Source: a virus
Lineage: Duplodnaviria > Caudoviricetes
DNA: 30,402 nt
Virus record (IMG/VR): IMGVR_UViG_3300017912_001693
Span: 1-30,402 of that record
Direction: 5' to 3' (one strand)
This document shows positions 15,755 to 24,304 of the stretch, piece after piece (position 1 is the first letter of the stretch; each line of letters opens with the position of its first letter). The notes under the pieces are model-generated. The model ran no database searches. It was not told where the DNA came from and saw only the letters and a program-made list of their open reading frames with translations. The position numbers and the translations under genes are program-made.

Positions 15755-15782
15755 AGAGACGTTTCGGCGTCTCTTTTTTTTT
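15755..15782 (+). terminator. Rho-independent terminator closing the early region
   Basis: AGAGACG-TTTCGG-CGTCTCT followed by a run of T. Confidence 0.85.
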
Positions 15783-15795
15783 GTTGAGGTGCGAA

Positions 15796-16023
15796 TTGAC
15801 CCGAGTAAACGATGGATACTTTGAATGGGCGAAGGCGGTCATCGAAGCTAACGACCGTCGAGACACACCGTGTAAGGGAGTTTGTAACTATTCTAATGAA
15901 CAGGACAAATGCCTAACATGTCACCGAAATTTATCTGAGATTACCGCGTGGCCAAACCTAACCAGGTCAGAGCGACGCGAGATGATGCAAGCGATCAGAG
16001 CGAGGCGAGATGAAACAACCTAA
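15796..16023 (+). CDS. DUF1289-like small Cys protein
   Basis: TPCKGVC...CLTCHRNLSEITAW...SERREMM pattern; start uncertain (TTG 15796 after GAGGTG). Confidence 0.7.
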   Translation: MTRVNDGYFEWAKAVIEANDRRDTPCKGVCNYSNEQDKCLTCHRNLSEITAWPNLTRSERREMMQAIRARRDETT

Positions 16024-17314
16024 CAGACAGGCATTCGGGGATGCAGAGCAAGCCGCCGTGGCTGAGGTCATGAAATACTATAGCAGCAAAGGCGAAGACC
16101 CACCGTATCAGGGCAGGTTTGAGCGACGGTTTGCACTCCGGTTTGAGATGCAGATGGATGGCGGGTTTGCTGTCCCGGTAGCGACGGGAACTGGAGCTTG
16201 CTATCTAGCGTTAGCCGCACTCAAGACCTTCTATAATCTACCGGACGGGTCCGAGGTTATCTTGTCCCCGGTCACCGACAGCGGGCCATTAGCGGCAATC
16301 GTTGCGCTAGGCTTTGTTCCGGTCATCGCTGATGCAGCGCCCGGTTCTTACAATGTCAACCGGCAATCCATTATAGACTGCGTGACGGATCAAACGGCGG
16401 CGGCCTTTGTTGTCCATGCAGCCGGTGCGCCGGTCGAGGATATCCCGCAGATTGCTGAGGATTGCGCCAGCAGTGGTATATATCTTGTTGAGGATTGCAG
16501 CCAAGCCCCGTTCGCCATGCCTAAAAGCGTGGCTTATAGTTTTGTTGGTCAGTTTGGAGACATCGCCGCCTTCTCTACCATGTACCGCAAGACAATCCAA
16601 AGCGGGGCATCCGGCGGGTTGGTGTATATCAAAGAGGGTGGTCAAGCTGGGCTGGGCAATCATGTTCTGGCACACAAAGATCGCGGCAAACAAACCTGGC
16701 GGTCAGACTTAAATCAAAATGACCCAAGCAATGCGCTTTTTCCTGCGCTGAACTGGAACACAGATGAGTTTTCTTGCGCGATAGGTGAGGCAAGTGTAAA
16801 GCGAGCGCATGAAACTATAATAAAACGCAACGAATTTGTCGCTCAACTAAAGAAATTACTTGACAAATGCAGCGAGGTATGCTCTATACCAGAGGGCTAT
16901 CACGATGGACACTCGCCATTTTATTTGCCAATTATTGTTGACGAGAAAAAAATCAACGTCACCAAGACAGAGTTTGCTGAAGCCGTACAAGCCGAAGGTG
17001 TAGGCTTATTACCACACTACGGTTGCTTAGTGAGCGACTGGGAGTGGGCGGCTGATTATATTAATTGGCAACCAACTCAAAAATATTCAGAGGGTTACGC
17101 GCCTCACGCGGTCAGGACCCCAAACGCCAGAGCGATGCGAGACAGCACGTTTAACCTGTTTCTAAATGAGAACTATACCAAACAGGATGCTGTGGAAATC
17201 TTGCTGGCGATAACAAACGTCGAGGAGAGAGTTGTTAAAACTCAACCACAGGGGGGTAAAGGTGTTGAGCAAGTTAGAGCAACTCGTATGGAAAGAGATA
17301 CAGAAGACGGCTGA
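16010..17314 (+). CDS. DegT/DnrJ/EryC1/StrS-family PLP-dependent sugar aminotransferase
   Basis: VATGTGACYLAL, GSEVILSPVT, VHAAG, LVEDCSQA, and GDIAAFSTMYRKT.SG.SGG with the PLP lysine. Confidence 0.9.
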   Translation: MKQPNRQAFGDAEQAAVAEVMKYYSSKGEDPPYQGRFERRFALRFEMQMDGGFAVPVATGTGACYLALAALKTFYNLPDGSEVILSPVTDSGPLAAIVALGFVPVIADAAPGSYNVNRQSIIDCVTDQTAAAFVVHAAGAPVEDIPQIAEDCASSGIYLVEDCSQAPFAMPKSVAYSFVGQFGDIAAFSTMYRKTIQSGASGGLVYIKEGGQAGLGNHVLAHKDRGKQTWRSDLNQNDPSNALFPALNWNTDEFSCAIGEASVKRAHETIIKRNEFVAQLKKLLDKCSEVCSIPEGYHDGHSPFYLPIIVDEKKINVTKTEFAEAVQAEGVGLLPHYGCLVSDWEWAADYINWQPTQKYSEGYAPHAVRTPNARAMRDSTFNLFLNENYTKQDAVEILLAITNVEERVVKTQPQGGKGVEQVRATRMERDTEDG

Positions 17315-17411
17315 ACAGTCTGAAGACCCGAAACAATTTTGGGAATACTTTTATCGGTTCCGCTACGCAATCCGCAGTAAGGTAGAAAGATACTGGGAGG
17401 ACAAACTCTAA
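17262..17411 (+). CDS. Possible small protein (49 aa)
   Basis: GTG start; LSKLEQLVWKEIQKTAEQSEDPKQFWEYFYRFRYAIRSKVERYWEDKL; TAATG coupling to the next gene, but it overlaps the aminotransferase tail. Confidence 0.5.
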   Translation: MLSKLEQLVWKEIQKTAEQSEDPKQFWEYFYRFRYAIRSKVERYWEDKL

Positions 17412-18421
17412 TGTTCCGATCACCAAACGAAACTTTGTTTTGTGTCTATGACCTAGCCATTGCGCCGATCACGTTTGACTTCATGCACTTTGCTGTGAAT
17501 TGTGAGATGGCGCGGGCAGCTAACAACGCAAAGTATATCCACTTTGTATTTGTGTTAGGTCCAGACCGGACATGGCGAATGCAGACACCGAAGGATGGGT
17601 CACTCACCACTGAAGAAAAGATGTGGCGGCTGAAGCATATACTAGAACCAATCGCCCGCATGACACCAGAATACGCTGGTCACTCGGTCTACCTTGATAG
17701 AAACGAGGCAGCTAAAGAACTCGCAGCTTTGCCAGGTAGTCTGATCTGGCCACCGTCCTATCATATCAACCAACCAAACAGCGCGTTTATGTTGACACAG
17801 GTGGTTGATATTTATGGGCAGGTGAAAGAGAAGGACCAAGGCATCACCCCGGTTTGTCTTAAGCCTTGTCCAGAGGCCGTGAGGTTGGCAAGGCTATGGT
17901 GTGACAAGCAAGATGTCGATACCGAGCATATGGTCACAATCACTGTGCGCCAATCTAATATTGAGAAAGAACGCAACAGCAACCTGCAATCGTGGCTACG
18001 GTTTGCAAGAGAGATTTTAAAAGAAGGCTGGCATCCCGTAGTCATGCCCGACACCGAGCAGGTTGTTGTCCATGATGCGGATGACTTGCATGATCTTAAG
18101 GTCTATTGGCCTGGGCCAGTAAACTTAGACCTACGCGTGGCGATGTATCATTTGGCAGCTTACAACCTCAGTCACAACGGTGGGCCGGCTGCGTTAAACT
18201 TCTTCTTGCCGGGTTCTAAATACCTTCAGTGGTTACCCGTCGATGCGTTACCAAAGGTAATCGAAGCTGAGGGAGAACAAGGACAAGAGAGATTATTGGG
18301 GTTGAAGAAAGGCGAGGACTATGACTTCGCAGAAGGAATCAAAAAATACGTGTGGGACAAAGCGACCTACACAAAAATCTACAAGCGGTTCAACGAGTTC
18401 GTGGAAGAAACGAAAGATTGA
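17411..18421 (+). CDS. Putative glycosyltransferase-like (GT-B fold) protein
   Basis: 336 aa. The C-terminal half VTITVR...RNSNLQSWLRFAREI..EGWHPVVM...LRVAMYHLAAYNLSHNGGPAAL resembles the donor-binding domain layout of GT-B (GT9-like) enzymes; adjacent to a sugar aminotransferase. The ORF is solid, the function is inferred. Confidence 0.55.
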   Translation: MFRSPNETLFCVYDLAIAPITFDFMHFAVNCEMARAANNAKYIHFVFVLGPDRTWRMQTPKDGSLTTEEKMWRLKHILEPIARMTPEYAGHSVYLDRNEAAKELAALPGSLIWPPSYHINQPNSAFMLTQVVDIYGQVKEKDQGITPVCLKPCPEAVRLARLWCDKQDVDTEHMVTITVRQSNIEKERNSNLQSWLRFAREILKEGWHPVVMPDTEQVVVHDADDLHDLKVYWPGPVNLDLRVAMYHLAAYNLSHNGGPAALNFFLPGSKYLQWLPVDALPKVIEAEGEQGQERLLGLKKGEDYDFAEGIKKYVWDKATYTKIYKRFNEFVEETKD

Positions 18422-18481
18422 TTGGGACTGGGAAGACGAGTGGTTGAGGGTCTATATGATTGCAAGACTGAGGAGCAAAAA

Positions 18482-18949
18482 ATGACTGTTGGTGAAAGAT
18501 TAAAACAGGCACGGAAAGCTGCTGGGTTTAAAACTGCCAAAGCATTTGCTGAGAAAATGTTAGAGCCAAAACAAAAGGCAACTTATTACACTCACGAATC
18601 GGGTCAGCGCAGTGTTCGTGTGCAAACAGCAACCCTCTACGCGCAGTTGATGGGGACAACACCGGAGGCCATTTTGTTTGGCAAGGAGAAACAAGTGACG
18701 ATGGACACGAAGAGATATATTTTAGATTCGCTGGAGCGATACTATCAAGGCCAGATTGCAAAGCATAAAGCGAACATTAGCGTGTTGTTCAATAATCATG
18801 TTGGTCTGGCTGAACATCCTGACATTATAGAAACATTAGATAGTCAGCTTGGATTGTTAGCTGACTATGATGAAAAGTTAGAGATGCTTTACAAGCATTT
18901 CTATAGGCAGAAAGTAGACACTGCCGGTCCTCCAGATAATACTGGGTGA
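18482..18949 (+). CDS. XRE-family HTH protein fused to a small conserved phage domain
   Basis: MTVGERLKQARKAAGF...YYTHESGQR...TTPEAILFG is an XRE HTH; start 18482 after GAGGAG; second domain from Met 18701. Confidence 0.8.
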   Translation: MTVGERLKQARKAAGFKTAKAFAEKMLEPKQKATYYTHESGQRSVRVQTATLYAQLMGTTPEAILFGKEKQVTMDTKRYILDSLERYYQGQIAKHKANISVLFNNHVGLAEHPDIIETLDSQLGLLADYDEKLEMLYKHFYRQKVDTAGPPDNTG

Positions 18950-18961
18950 CGCAAAGACCGC

Positions 18962-19037
18962 GCTCCCTTAGCTCAATGGATAGAGCAACAGCCTTCTAAG
19001 CTGTGGGTTGCAAGTTCGAGTCTTGCAGGGAGCGCCA
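18962..19037 (+). tRNA. tRNA-Arg (anticodon TCT)
   Basis: Acceptor GCTCCCT/AGGGAGC, D arm GCTC/GAGC, anticodon arm ACAGC-CTTCTAA-GCTGT, T arm GCAAG-TTCGAGT-CTTGC, encoded CCA; 76 nt. Confidence 0.96.
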
Positions 19038-19052
19038 CTCAAAGGAAATAAC

Positions 19053-19298
19053 ATGGGAAAAAATTATGAAGTTGGAAGTGAAGCGCCCGATATAATTTAC
19101 TGTACTGCGGACGATTTATTCTGGGAATGGGAAGAGGAGTTTGCCCAACTTGATCTCCCACTAGAATTTAATTTAAGTGATATAGAAATTGTCGAAGATC
19201 ATATAAACCTGCGAACATGGGAAGATTTCGATAGTGAAGAACAAACCCAAAAAGAAATCGAATCGTTTCGCAAAAGACTTGATGAACCCGAAATATAA
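19053..19298 (+). CDS. Small highly acidic protein (81 aa)
   Basis: ATG 19053 after AAGGA; about 25 D/E. The track start at 19008 lies inside the tRNA. Confidence 0.75.
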   Translation: MGKNYEVGSEAPDIIYCTADDLFWEWEEEFAQLDLPLEFNLSDIEIVEDHINLRTWEDFDSEEQTQKEIESFRKRLDEPEI

Positions 19299-19336
19299 AC
19301 CCAGGGTCATACCGAATAAACGTAGGGGGGACAGGA

Positions 19337-20074
19337 ATGATCGAAGAGCTAATAAACGATTTGATGTTGAAGATCGGTGAGACTAAGCGGTTTGACTGTC
19401 CCTTCTGCGGCGGTGTTAATACATTTACTATAACGAAAGAGCGCGATAGCACAGTTTGGAACTGTTACAAAGCAAGCTGTCCAGCCAAAGGTGGCATTGG
19501 AACAAAGCTATCTCGTGCTGATTTAGCACATAGAAAACAACAGCCTAAACCACCACCACCGTTTGTTATACCATCTTCTTTCACGTTAGATTTCCCAGTC
19601 CGAATGGTCAGGTATCTCGAAAAAAACAACGTTTTAGAAGCCTGGAAAGCAAACCGGCTACAGTTGTACTACGACGTGGCTGCTAATCGTGTTGTTTTTA
19701 TCATCAAGGCAGATAACAAACCCGTCGATGCTGTAGGCAGAGCCTTGCACAAAGGTGTTAAATGGTTGCGGTATGGTAACAGCAAAGAGCCATTCATTGT
19801 GCCAACAGATACTTACCATGCGATTGTAGTCGAGGACGCAGCATCAGCCGCCGCCGTCTCTGAGTACGGCACAGGCATTGCCTTGTTAGGAACACAATTA
19901 ACAGACCGTTCACTAGAAATAATTTCACAGTATAGGTCAGTGACCGTTGCCCTAGATAGAGACGCAACAAATAAGGCGTTACACTTGACCAAGAGAATTA
20001 AACAGTTTACCACTGCTACTATGAAGATTTTAAAAGAAGACCCGAAAGTTTATCCCAGGGGGGTAGTAGAATGA
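19337..20074 (+). CDS. DNA primase (zinc finger + TOPRIM)
   Basis: CPFCGG...WNCYKASC zinc finger; IVVED, ALLGT and VALDRDA TOPRIM motifs. Confidence 0.9.
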   Translation: MIEELINDLMLKIGETKRFDCPFCGGVNTFTITKERDSTVWNCYKASCPAKGGIGTKLSRADLAHRKQQPKPPPPFVIPSSFTLDFPVRMVRYLEKNNVLEAWKANRLQLYYDVAANRVVFIIKADNKPVDAVGRALHKGVKWLRYGNSKEPFIVPTDTYHAIVVEDAASAAAVSEYGTGIALLGTQLTDRSLEIISQYRSVTVALDRDATNKALHLTKRIKQFTTATMKILKEDPKVYPRGVVE

Positions 20075-20241
20075 AGAGGCGATTAAATCAAAAGCTGCAA
20101 CAACAACTAGATGCAGCCGGGCAAGAACGGTTAGATTACCATCCGTTTGCTCACCTAAGAGGTCGGGATGATGAAGATGCGTGGCAAGAGATACACGAGA
20201 CTTTATCTTTTTTAGAGGAGATTAAAGATCATGACGGATAA
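20071..20241 (+). CDS. Hypothetical protein (56 aa)
   Basis: Not in the track. MKRRLNQKLQQQLDAAGQERLDYHPFAHLRG...; ATGA overlap with primase and fills the gap to the helicase. Confidence 0.65.
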   Translation: MKRRLNQKLQQQLDAAGQERLDYHPFAHLRGRDDEDAWQEIHETLSFLEEIKDHDG

Positions 20242-21445
20242 CACCAGCAATTTGTTACTGGGTTTATTTTTACGTTATGATTTTTGGGAGCAAAACAATT
20301 TACTACTTGGCGAAAACTATTTCGAGGAGGAGAGCAAAAAGATTTATCAGGTGATCGAACAGGCTCACCTAAAATACAAACGTGATCTAACCATTGCCGA
20401 GGTCGAGGCACTCCTACATGCTAACAACCCTCTGCTCACGGCTGCACAGAAGGCTATGTATGACAAGCTGCTGCACACCATCGACCCGGTGATCGGGGAA
20501 GACGTGGCCGGGGAGGTTTTAAAGGCATCTTTCAGAGAGTATATGGGGCAGACCGTTGCGCATATTGGCATGAGTTTGATAGACGGTAAGGATGTCGATC
20601 TGACAACACTTAGAGAACTTGCTGACAAATACGAAGGCGGGTTTATTCCAGACAAACAGCTAGAGGTTTTGTCAACCGACTTCGATGAAATCCTAGAGTA
20701 CAATAACGTAAAGCTACCCTGGCAATTTAACCTGGGGGGGTTGACCAACTTAATCCCTGGTATCGGACCAGGCAACTTCGGTATCGTGTTCGCTTTGGTA
20801 GAGTCTGGCAAGTCCGCCTTTGGTATCAGTCTTTGCTTTGGACCGGAAGGGTTTGCGGCTCAGGGTGCCAGGGTGTTGTATATCGCAAACGAGGAGCCAG
20901 CAGAAGCAACCAGGTTCCGCGCTGTAATGAGCCACACCGGATACAACGAGCAACGGATATTAACTAACCGGCACTGCGCGGCTGACCAGTGGCGACAAAT
21001 TAGAGACAAGGTGTTGTTCCATGAGACAACCGACATACGACAGTTAGAAGCTCTGGTGAAAAAACACAAACCCGATATCGTTGTCATCGACCAGATGGAC
21101 AAGCTCAATATTCGCGGTGAGTTTCATAGAGATGATCTAAAACTTGGCGAGGTCTATCGCCGGGGCCGTGAGATCGCGAAGAAAAATAACTGTTCTGTTA
21201 TTGCAGTCACACAAGCCGACGCAAGCGCCGACGGTCGAACAAATTTACGCTTCACACAAATGTCTGGCAGTAAGATTGGCAAACCTGCTGAGGCTGATTA
21301 TGTGATCGGCCTTGGTAAAGAAACAACTGGTGATGGGTCTGATAATTTTTTACGCTATCTTACCGTGTCTAAAAACAAGGTTGGTGGCAGGCATGGCAGA
21401 TGCATTGTAAAAATCGTCCCAGAAATTTCTAGGTATCATGACTAA
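20231..21445 (+). CDS. DnaB-like (SF4) replicative helicase
   Basis: Walker A variant ALVESGKS, YIANEE, IVVIDQMD, IAVTQA, SKIGKPAEAD, VSKNK. Confidence 0.9.
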   Translation: MTDNTSNLLLGLFLRYDFWEQNNLLLGENYFEEESKKIYQVIEQAHLKYKRDLTIAEVEALLHANNPLLTAAQKAMYDKLLHTIDPVIGEDVAGEVLKASFREYMGQTVAHIGMSLIDGKDVDLTTLRELADKYEGGFIPDKQLEVLSTDFDEILEYNNVKLPWQFNLGGLTNLIPGIGPGNFGIVFALVESGKSAFGISLCFGPEGFAAQGARVLYIANEEPAEATRFRAVMSHTGYNEQRILTNRHCAADQWRQIRDKVLFHETTDIRQLEALVKKHKPDIVVIDQMDKLNIRGEFHRDDLKLGEVYRRGREIAKKNNCSVIAVTQADASADGRTNLRFTQMSGSKIGKPAEADYVIGLGKETTGDGSDNFLRYLTVSKNKVGGRHGRCIVKIVPEISRYHD

Positions 21446-21452
21446 AAAATGC

Positions 21453-21481
21453 TTGACAAAGCTGAAAAAGCATGTTATCTG
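21453..21481 (+). promoter_or_regulatory. Probable sigma70-type promoter for formyltransferase-polA
   Basis: TTGACA-17-TATCTG with an extended TG. Confidence 0.55.
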
Positions 21482-21504
21482 GACTGATAAGGACCTGGAA
21501 GTTC

Positions 21505-21571
21505 TATATCTATATATAATATATATTATTAATATAGTATTATATAAACATATATTAATATATATATTATA
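21505..21571. other. Extremely AT-rich tract (candidate DNA-unwinding element/origin)
   Basis: About 67 nt with only three G/C bases, between the helicase and formyltransferase genes. Confidence 0.5.
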
Positions 21572-21582
21572 GGAGAGGTGTG

Positions 21583-22224
21583 ATGAATATAATTATATGT
21601 GGACCAAGATGGCGTAACGACAATATAGCTATCTATCTTAGACAGCGTGGTCACACTGTCATGATTGATAACGAGAGACGGCTTTTGACAGACCTAGACA
21701 ACGGTTTGACGGCTGATCTGATTATCAGCAACGGGTTTGGACCTATCTTCAAGCCCCATCATGTTGAGAAACATAATATCATTAACATCCACCCAGCTAG
21801 TTTGCCTCACGGACGAGGCATCTATCCTAATGTGTGGGCCTTATACAACGGCACTGCGATAGGTGTGTCTATCCACCAGATCGACGAAGGCATTGACACC
21901 GGCGACATGCTGGCAAGTGACTACATGCAGCACTGGGAGCTTGAGTGTAGGCTTAACAACCCTGCCGAAACGCTACAAACCTTTTATGACCACCTGCTGC
22001 GTCGAGCAGAGTATCTTTTCTATGCAACCTGGCCTCGGATAGAAGACGGCACCATCGTGCCATATCAACAGGCCCCCGGTGGGTTTCAGCATTACAAAAA
22101 CAGAGAGCAATCTGAAAAGCTCATGGGCCTGTTCGCGGATCGGTGGGCAACCCCAATCAAGATTGTTCACTTAGCAGGTCAGATGGCGCGGGAGGCTACC
22201 AATGCCCCAATATACAGTGATTGA
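21583..22224 (+). CDS. N10-formyl-THF-dependent formyltransferase (Fmt-like/sugar N-formyltransferase-type N-terminal domain)
   Basis: IINIHPASLPHGRG.YPN.W and GVSIHQIDEGIDTGD catalytic motifs; lacks the Fmt C-terminal tRNA-binding domain; overlaps the polA start. Confidence 0.88.
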   Translation: MNIIICGPRWRNDNIAIYLRQRGHTVMIDNERRLLTDLDNGLTADLIISNGFGPIFKPHHVEKHNIINIHPASLPHGRGIYPNVWALYNGTAIGVSIHQIDEGIDTGDMLASDYMQHWELECRLNNPAETLQTFYDHLLRRAEYLFYATWPRIEDGTIVPYQQAPGGFQHYKNREQSEKLMGLFADRWATPIKIVHLAGQMAREATNAPIYSD

Positions 22225-24253
22225 TTTAGAGGTTGACCTTAATGGTGATCGCTCAGACCCGACGCCTTACAACGCTAATAACAGTCTAGCTGCTATCGGC
22301 TATATGAGACTTGGTGTAGATGATGAGCCGGTTGTGATCTACCCAGACGATCTACAAGGTCTGTCAACCTTCCGCGACATATTATCACAGTCTGATTATA
22401 TCATTGCACATAACGCGAAGTTTGACTTATCCTGGTTGCGTGAAAGTGGTTTCGACTTTGAGGGCAAGGTGATTGATACAATGATTAATCAGTACGTCCT
22501 CAATCGTGCGGTCCGAGGTCCCCTAGCCTTGGCCGCACTGTCCTCAAGCTACGGGGTTACTGAGAAATTAGCCTCCCTCGGTGAAGCCCTGAGTGCAGGA
22601 CAAAACTTCTCTGATATACACAGAGAGGAAGGAACTAGATATCTGTCTCACGATGTCAAGGCGACTGCTGAGATTTATGTGAAACAGACGGAGCAAATGA
22701 CCAGTGCCGAGGGCATGTCACTCATTCCCGTTAGAGATTTGATGTGCCAATTTTGCTCTGTTCTGACAGATATCGAACGGTCAGGAATGGCAATTGATCT
22801 TGATGTGCTTGACAAGGTGGATCAGGATTACGCACAGGAGCAGGAGGAGCTTTCAACATTCTTGACTGCGACTACCCATAAGCTGATGGGCGACACGCCG
22901 GTTAACTTGTCCTCCCCAGAGCAAATGTCTGAGGTTCTGTATTCTATGAAGCTGGTTGATAAAGCTGCATGGAAAGAAATTATGAACATCGGGACAGATG
23001 TAAACGGTAAGCCGAAGCGTCGCCCACGGCTATCTCTGACAGAGTTTAAGGATGCTTTGTCAAGATGCTTCAAACGCTCCTTCAAAACCCGTTCTCTTCA
23101 ATGCCCCGGCTGTCATGGCCGGGGTTCTTTTTTTAAGATGAAGAAAAATGGAGAGCGGTTCAAGAAAGCCACTAAATGTCAGATGTGTGATAGGCGAGGC
23201 TTTCTATTAGAAGATACGAAAGAGCGAGCGGGCTTAAATATCAAACCGTCTGTCGCCTTGGCTGCGTCTGGAGGCTTCAAGACAGATAAGATTACTTTGA
23301 ACAACCTCATGAATCAGGTGCAAGACCCAGACGCTAAAAAGTTTTTAGAGTCAATCGTCCGATTGTCTGCGATAGAAACTTACAGAGCGTCTTTCATCGA
23401 AGGCATCAAGAAAGGAATTAAGTCTGATGGTTTACTCCATGCTAATTTTAACCAATGTATCACTTCTACAGGTCGTCTAAGTAGCAGCAACCCCAACCTA
23501 CAAAACATGCCAAAGGGGAAGTTGTTTCCTGTTCGCCGTGCTTTTGTAAGCCGGTTTGATAACGGTGAGTTGATTGAGATTGACTACTCACAGTTAGAGT
23601 TTCGCGTGGCCGGTACGCTGGCCCGAGATAACAAAATCAAAGAGGAGGTAGAGAATGGTTTTGATGTCCATGCCTACACTGCGAAAGTCCTTACAGATCA
23701 TGGGGAACCCACTGAACGAGGCCCAGCTAAAGCAAGTACTTTTAGACCCTTGTACGGCGGCACAAGTGGCACTCCAGCACAGATGGCTTACTTCAAAGAG
23801 TTCTTCGCCAAATACCAAGGCATCTTCGCCTGGCACACAGAGCTACAAGAGCGAGCGATCAGGACAAAGCGGATCATTACCGCCACCGGAAGACAGTTCG
23901 ATTTTCCAGATTGCTTCCGTAATAGCCAGGGAAACGCCAGCGCCAAAACCCAAATAGTGAACTACCCTGTTCAATCAGTTGCCACGGCAGAGATCGTGCC
24001 ACTCGGTGTGATCCTGCTGTGCAACAAACTAAAAGAACTAGACTTGAGAAGTCGTGTTATCAACACCGTGCATGACAGTGTGTTGATTGACTGCCATCCA
24101 GATGAAATAAATATCATAAAAGATATTGGCCCATCCTGTTTGCTTGCCGCACAAGATGAAGCACAGCGACGCTTCGGTCTTGATACTTTCATTCCTTTGG
24201 CTGTTGAGATGTCAAAGGGTAAAAACTGGATGGAGCAGTACGATTTTACTTGA
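22202..24253 (+). CDS. polA: Family A DNA polymerase with 3'-5' exonuclease and DnaJ-like zinc-finger insert
   Basis: Exo I IDLE, Exo II AHNAKFD; insert CPGCHGRG...CQMCDRRG; TGRLSSSNPNLQN; motif A DYSQLEFR, motif B RGPAKASTFRPLYG, motif C VHDS. Confidence 0.95.
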   Translation: MPQYTVIDLEVDLNGDRSDPTPYNANNSLAAIGYMRLGVDDEPVVIYPDDLQGLSTFRDILSQSDYIIAHNAKFDLSWLRESGFDFEGKVIDTMINQYVLNRAVRGPLALAALSSSYGVTEKLASLGEALSAGQNFSDIHREEGTRYLSHDVKATAEIYVKQTEQMTSAEGMSLIPVRDLMCQFCSVLTDIERSGMAIDLDVLDKVDQDYAQEQEELSTFLTATTHKLMGDTPVNLSSPEQMSEVLYSMKLVDKAAWKEIMNIGTDVNGKPKRRPRLSLTEFKDALSRCFKRSFKTRSLQCPGCHGRGSFFKMKKNGERFKKATKCQMCDRRGFLLEDTKERAGLNIKPSVALAASGGFKTDKITLNNLMNQVQDPDAKKFLESIVRLSAIETYRASFIEGIKKGIKSDGLLHANFNQCITSTGRLSSSNPNLQNMPKGKLFPVRRAFVSRFDNGELIEIDYSQLEFRVAGTLARDNKIKEEVENGFDVHAYTAKVLTDHGEPTERGPAKASTFRPLYGGTSGTPAQMAYFKEFFAKYQGIFAWHTELQERAIRTKRIITATGRQFDFPDCFRNSQGNASAKTQIVNYPVQSVATAEIVPLGVILLCNKLKELDLRSRVINTVHDSVLIDCHPDEINIIKDIGPSCLLAAQDEAQRRFGLDTFIPLAVEMSKGKNWMEQYDFT

Positions 24254-24278
24254 CTTTTCAAAAAGACTGTGCTAGAAC
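24250..24278 (+). promoter_or_regulatory. Probable sigma70-type promoter
   Basis: TTGACT-17-TAGAAC with an extended TG; preceded by TTTTAC like the late promoters. Confidence 0.55.
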
Positions 24279-24304
24279 ATAACTCTTTAAATTGGGGAAC
24301 ACTA

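Noticed and set aside
18962-19037. tRNA as an attachment site or prophage boundary
   Set aside because: Phage genes continue on both sides, and neither a duplicated tRNA 3' end nor an integrase is visible.
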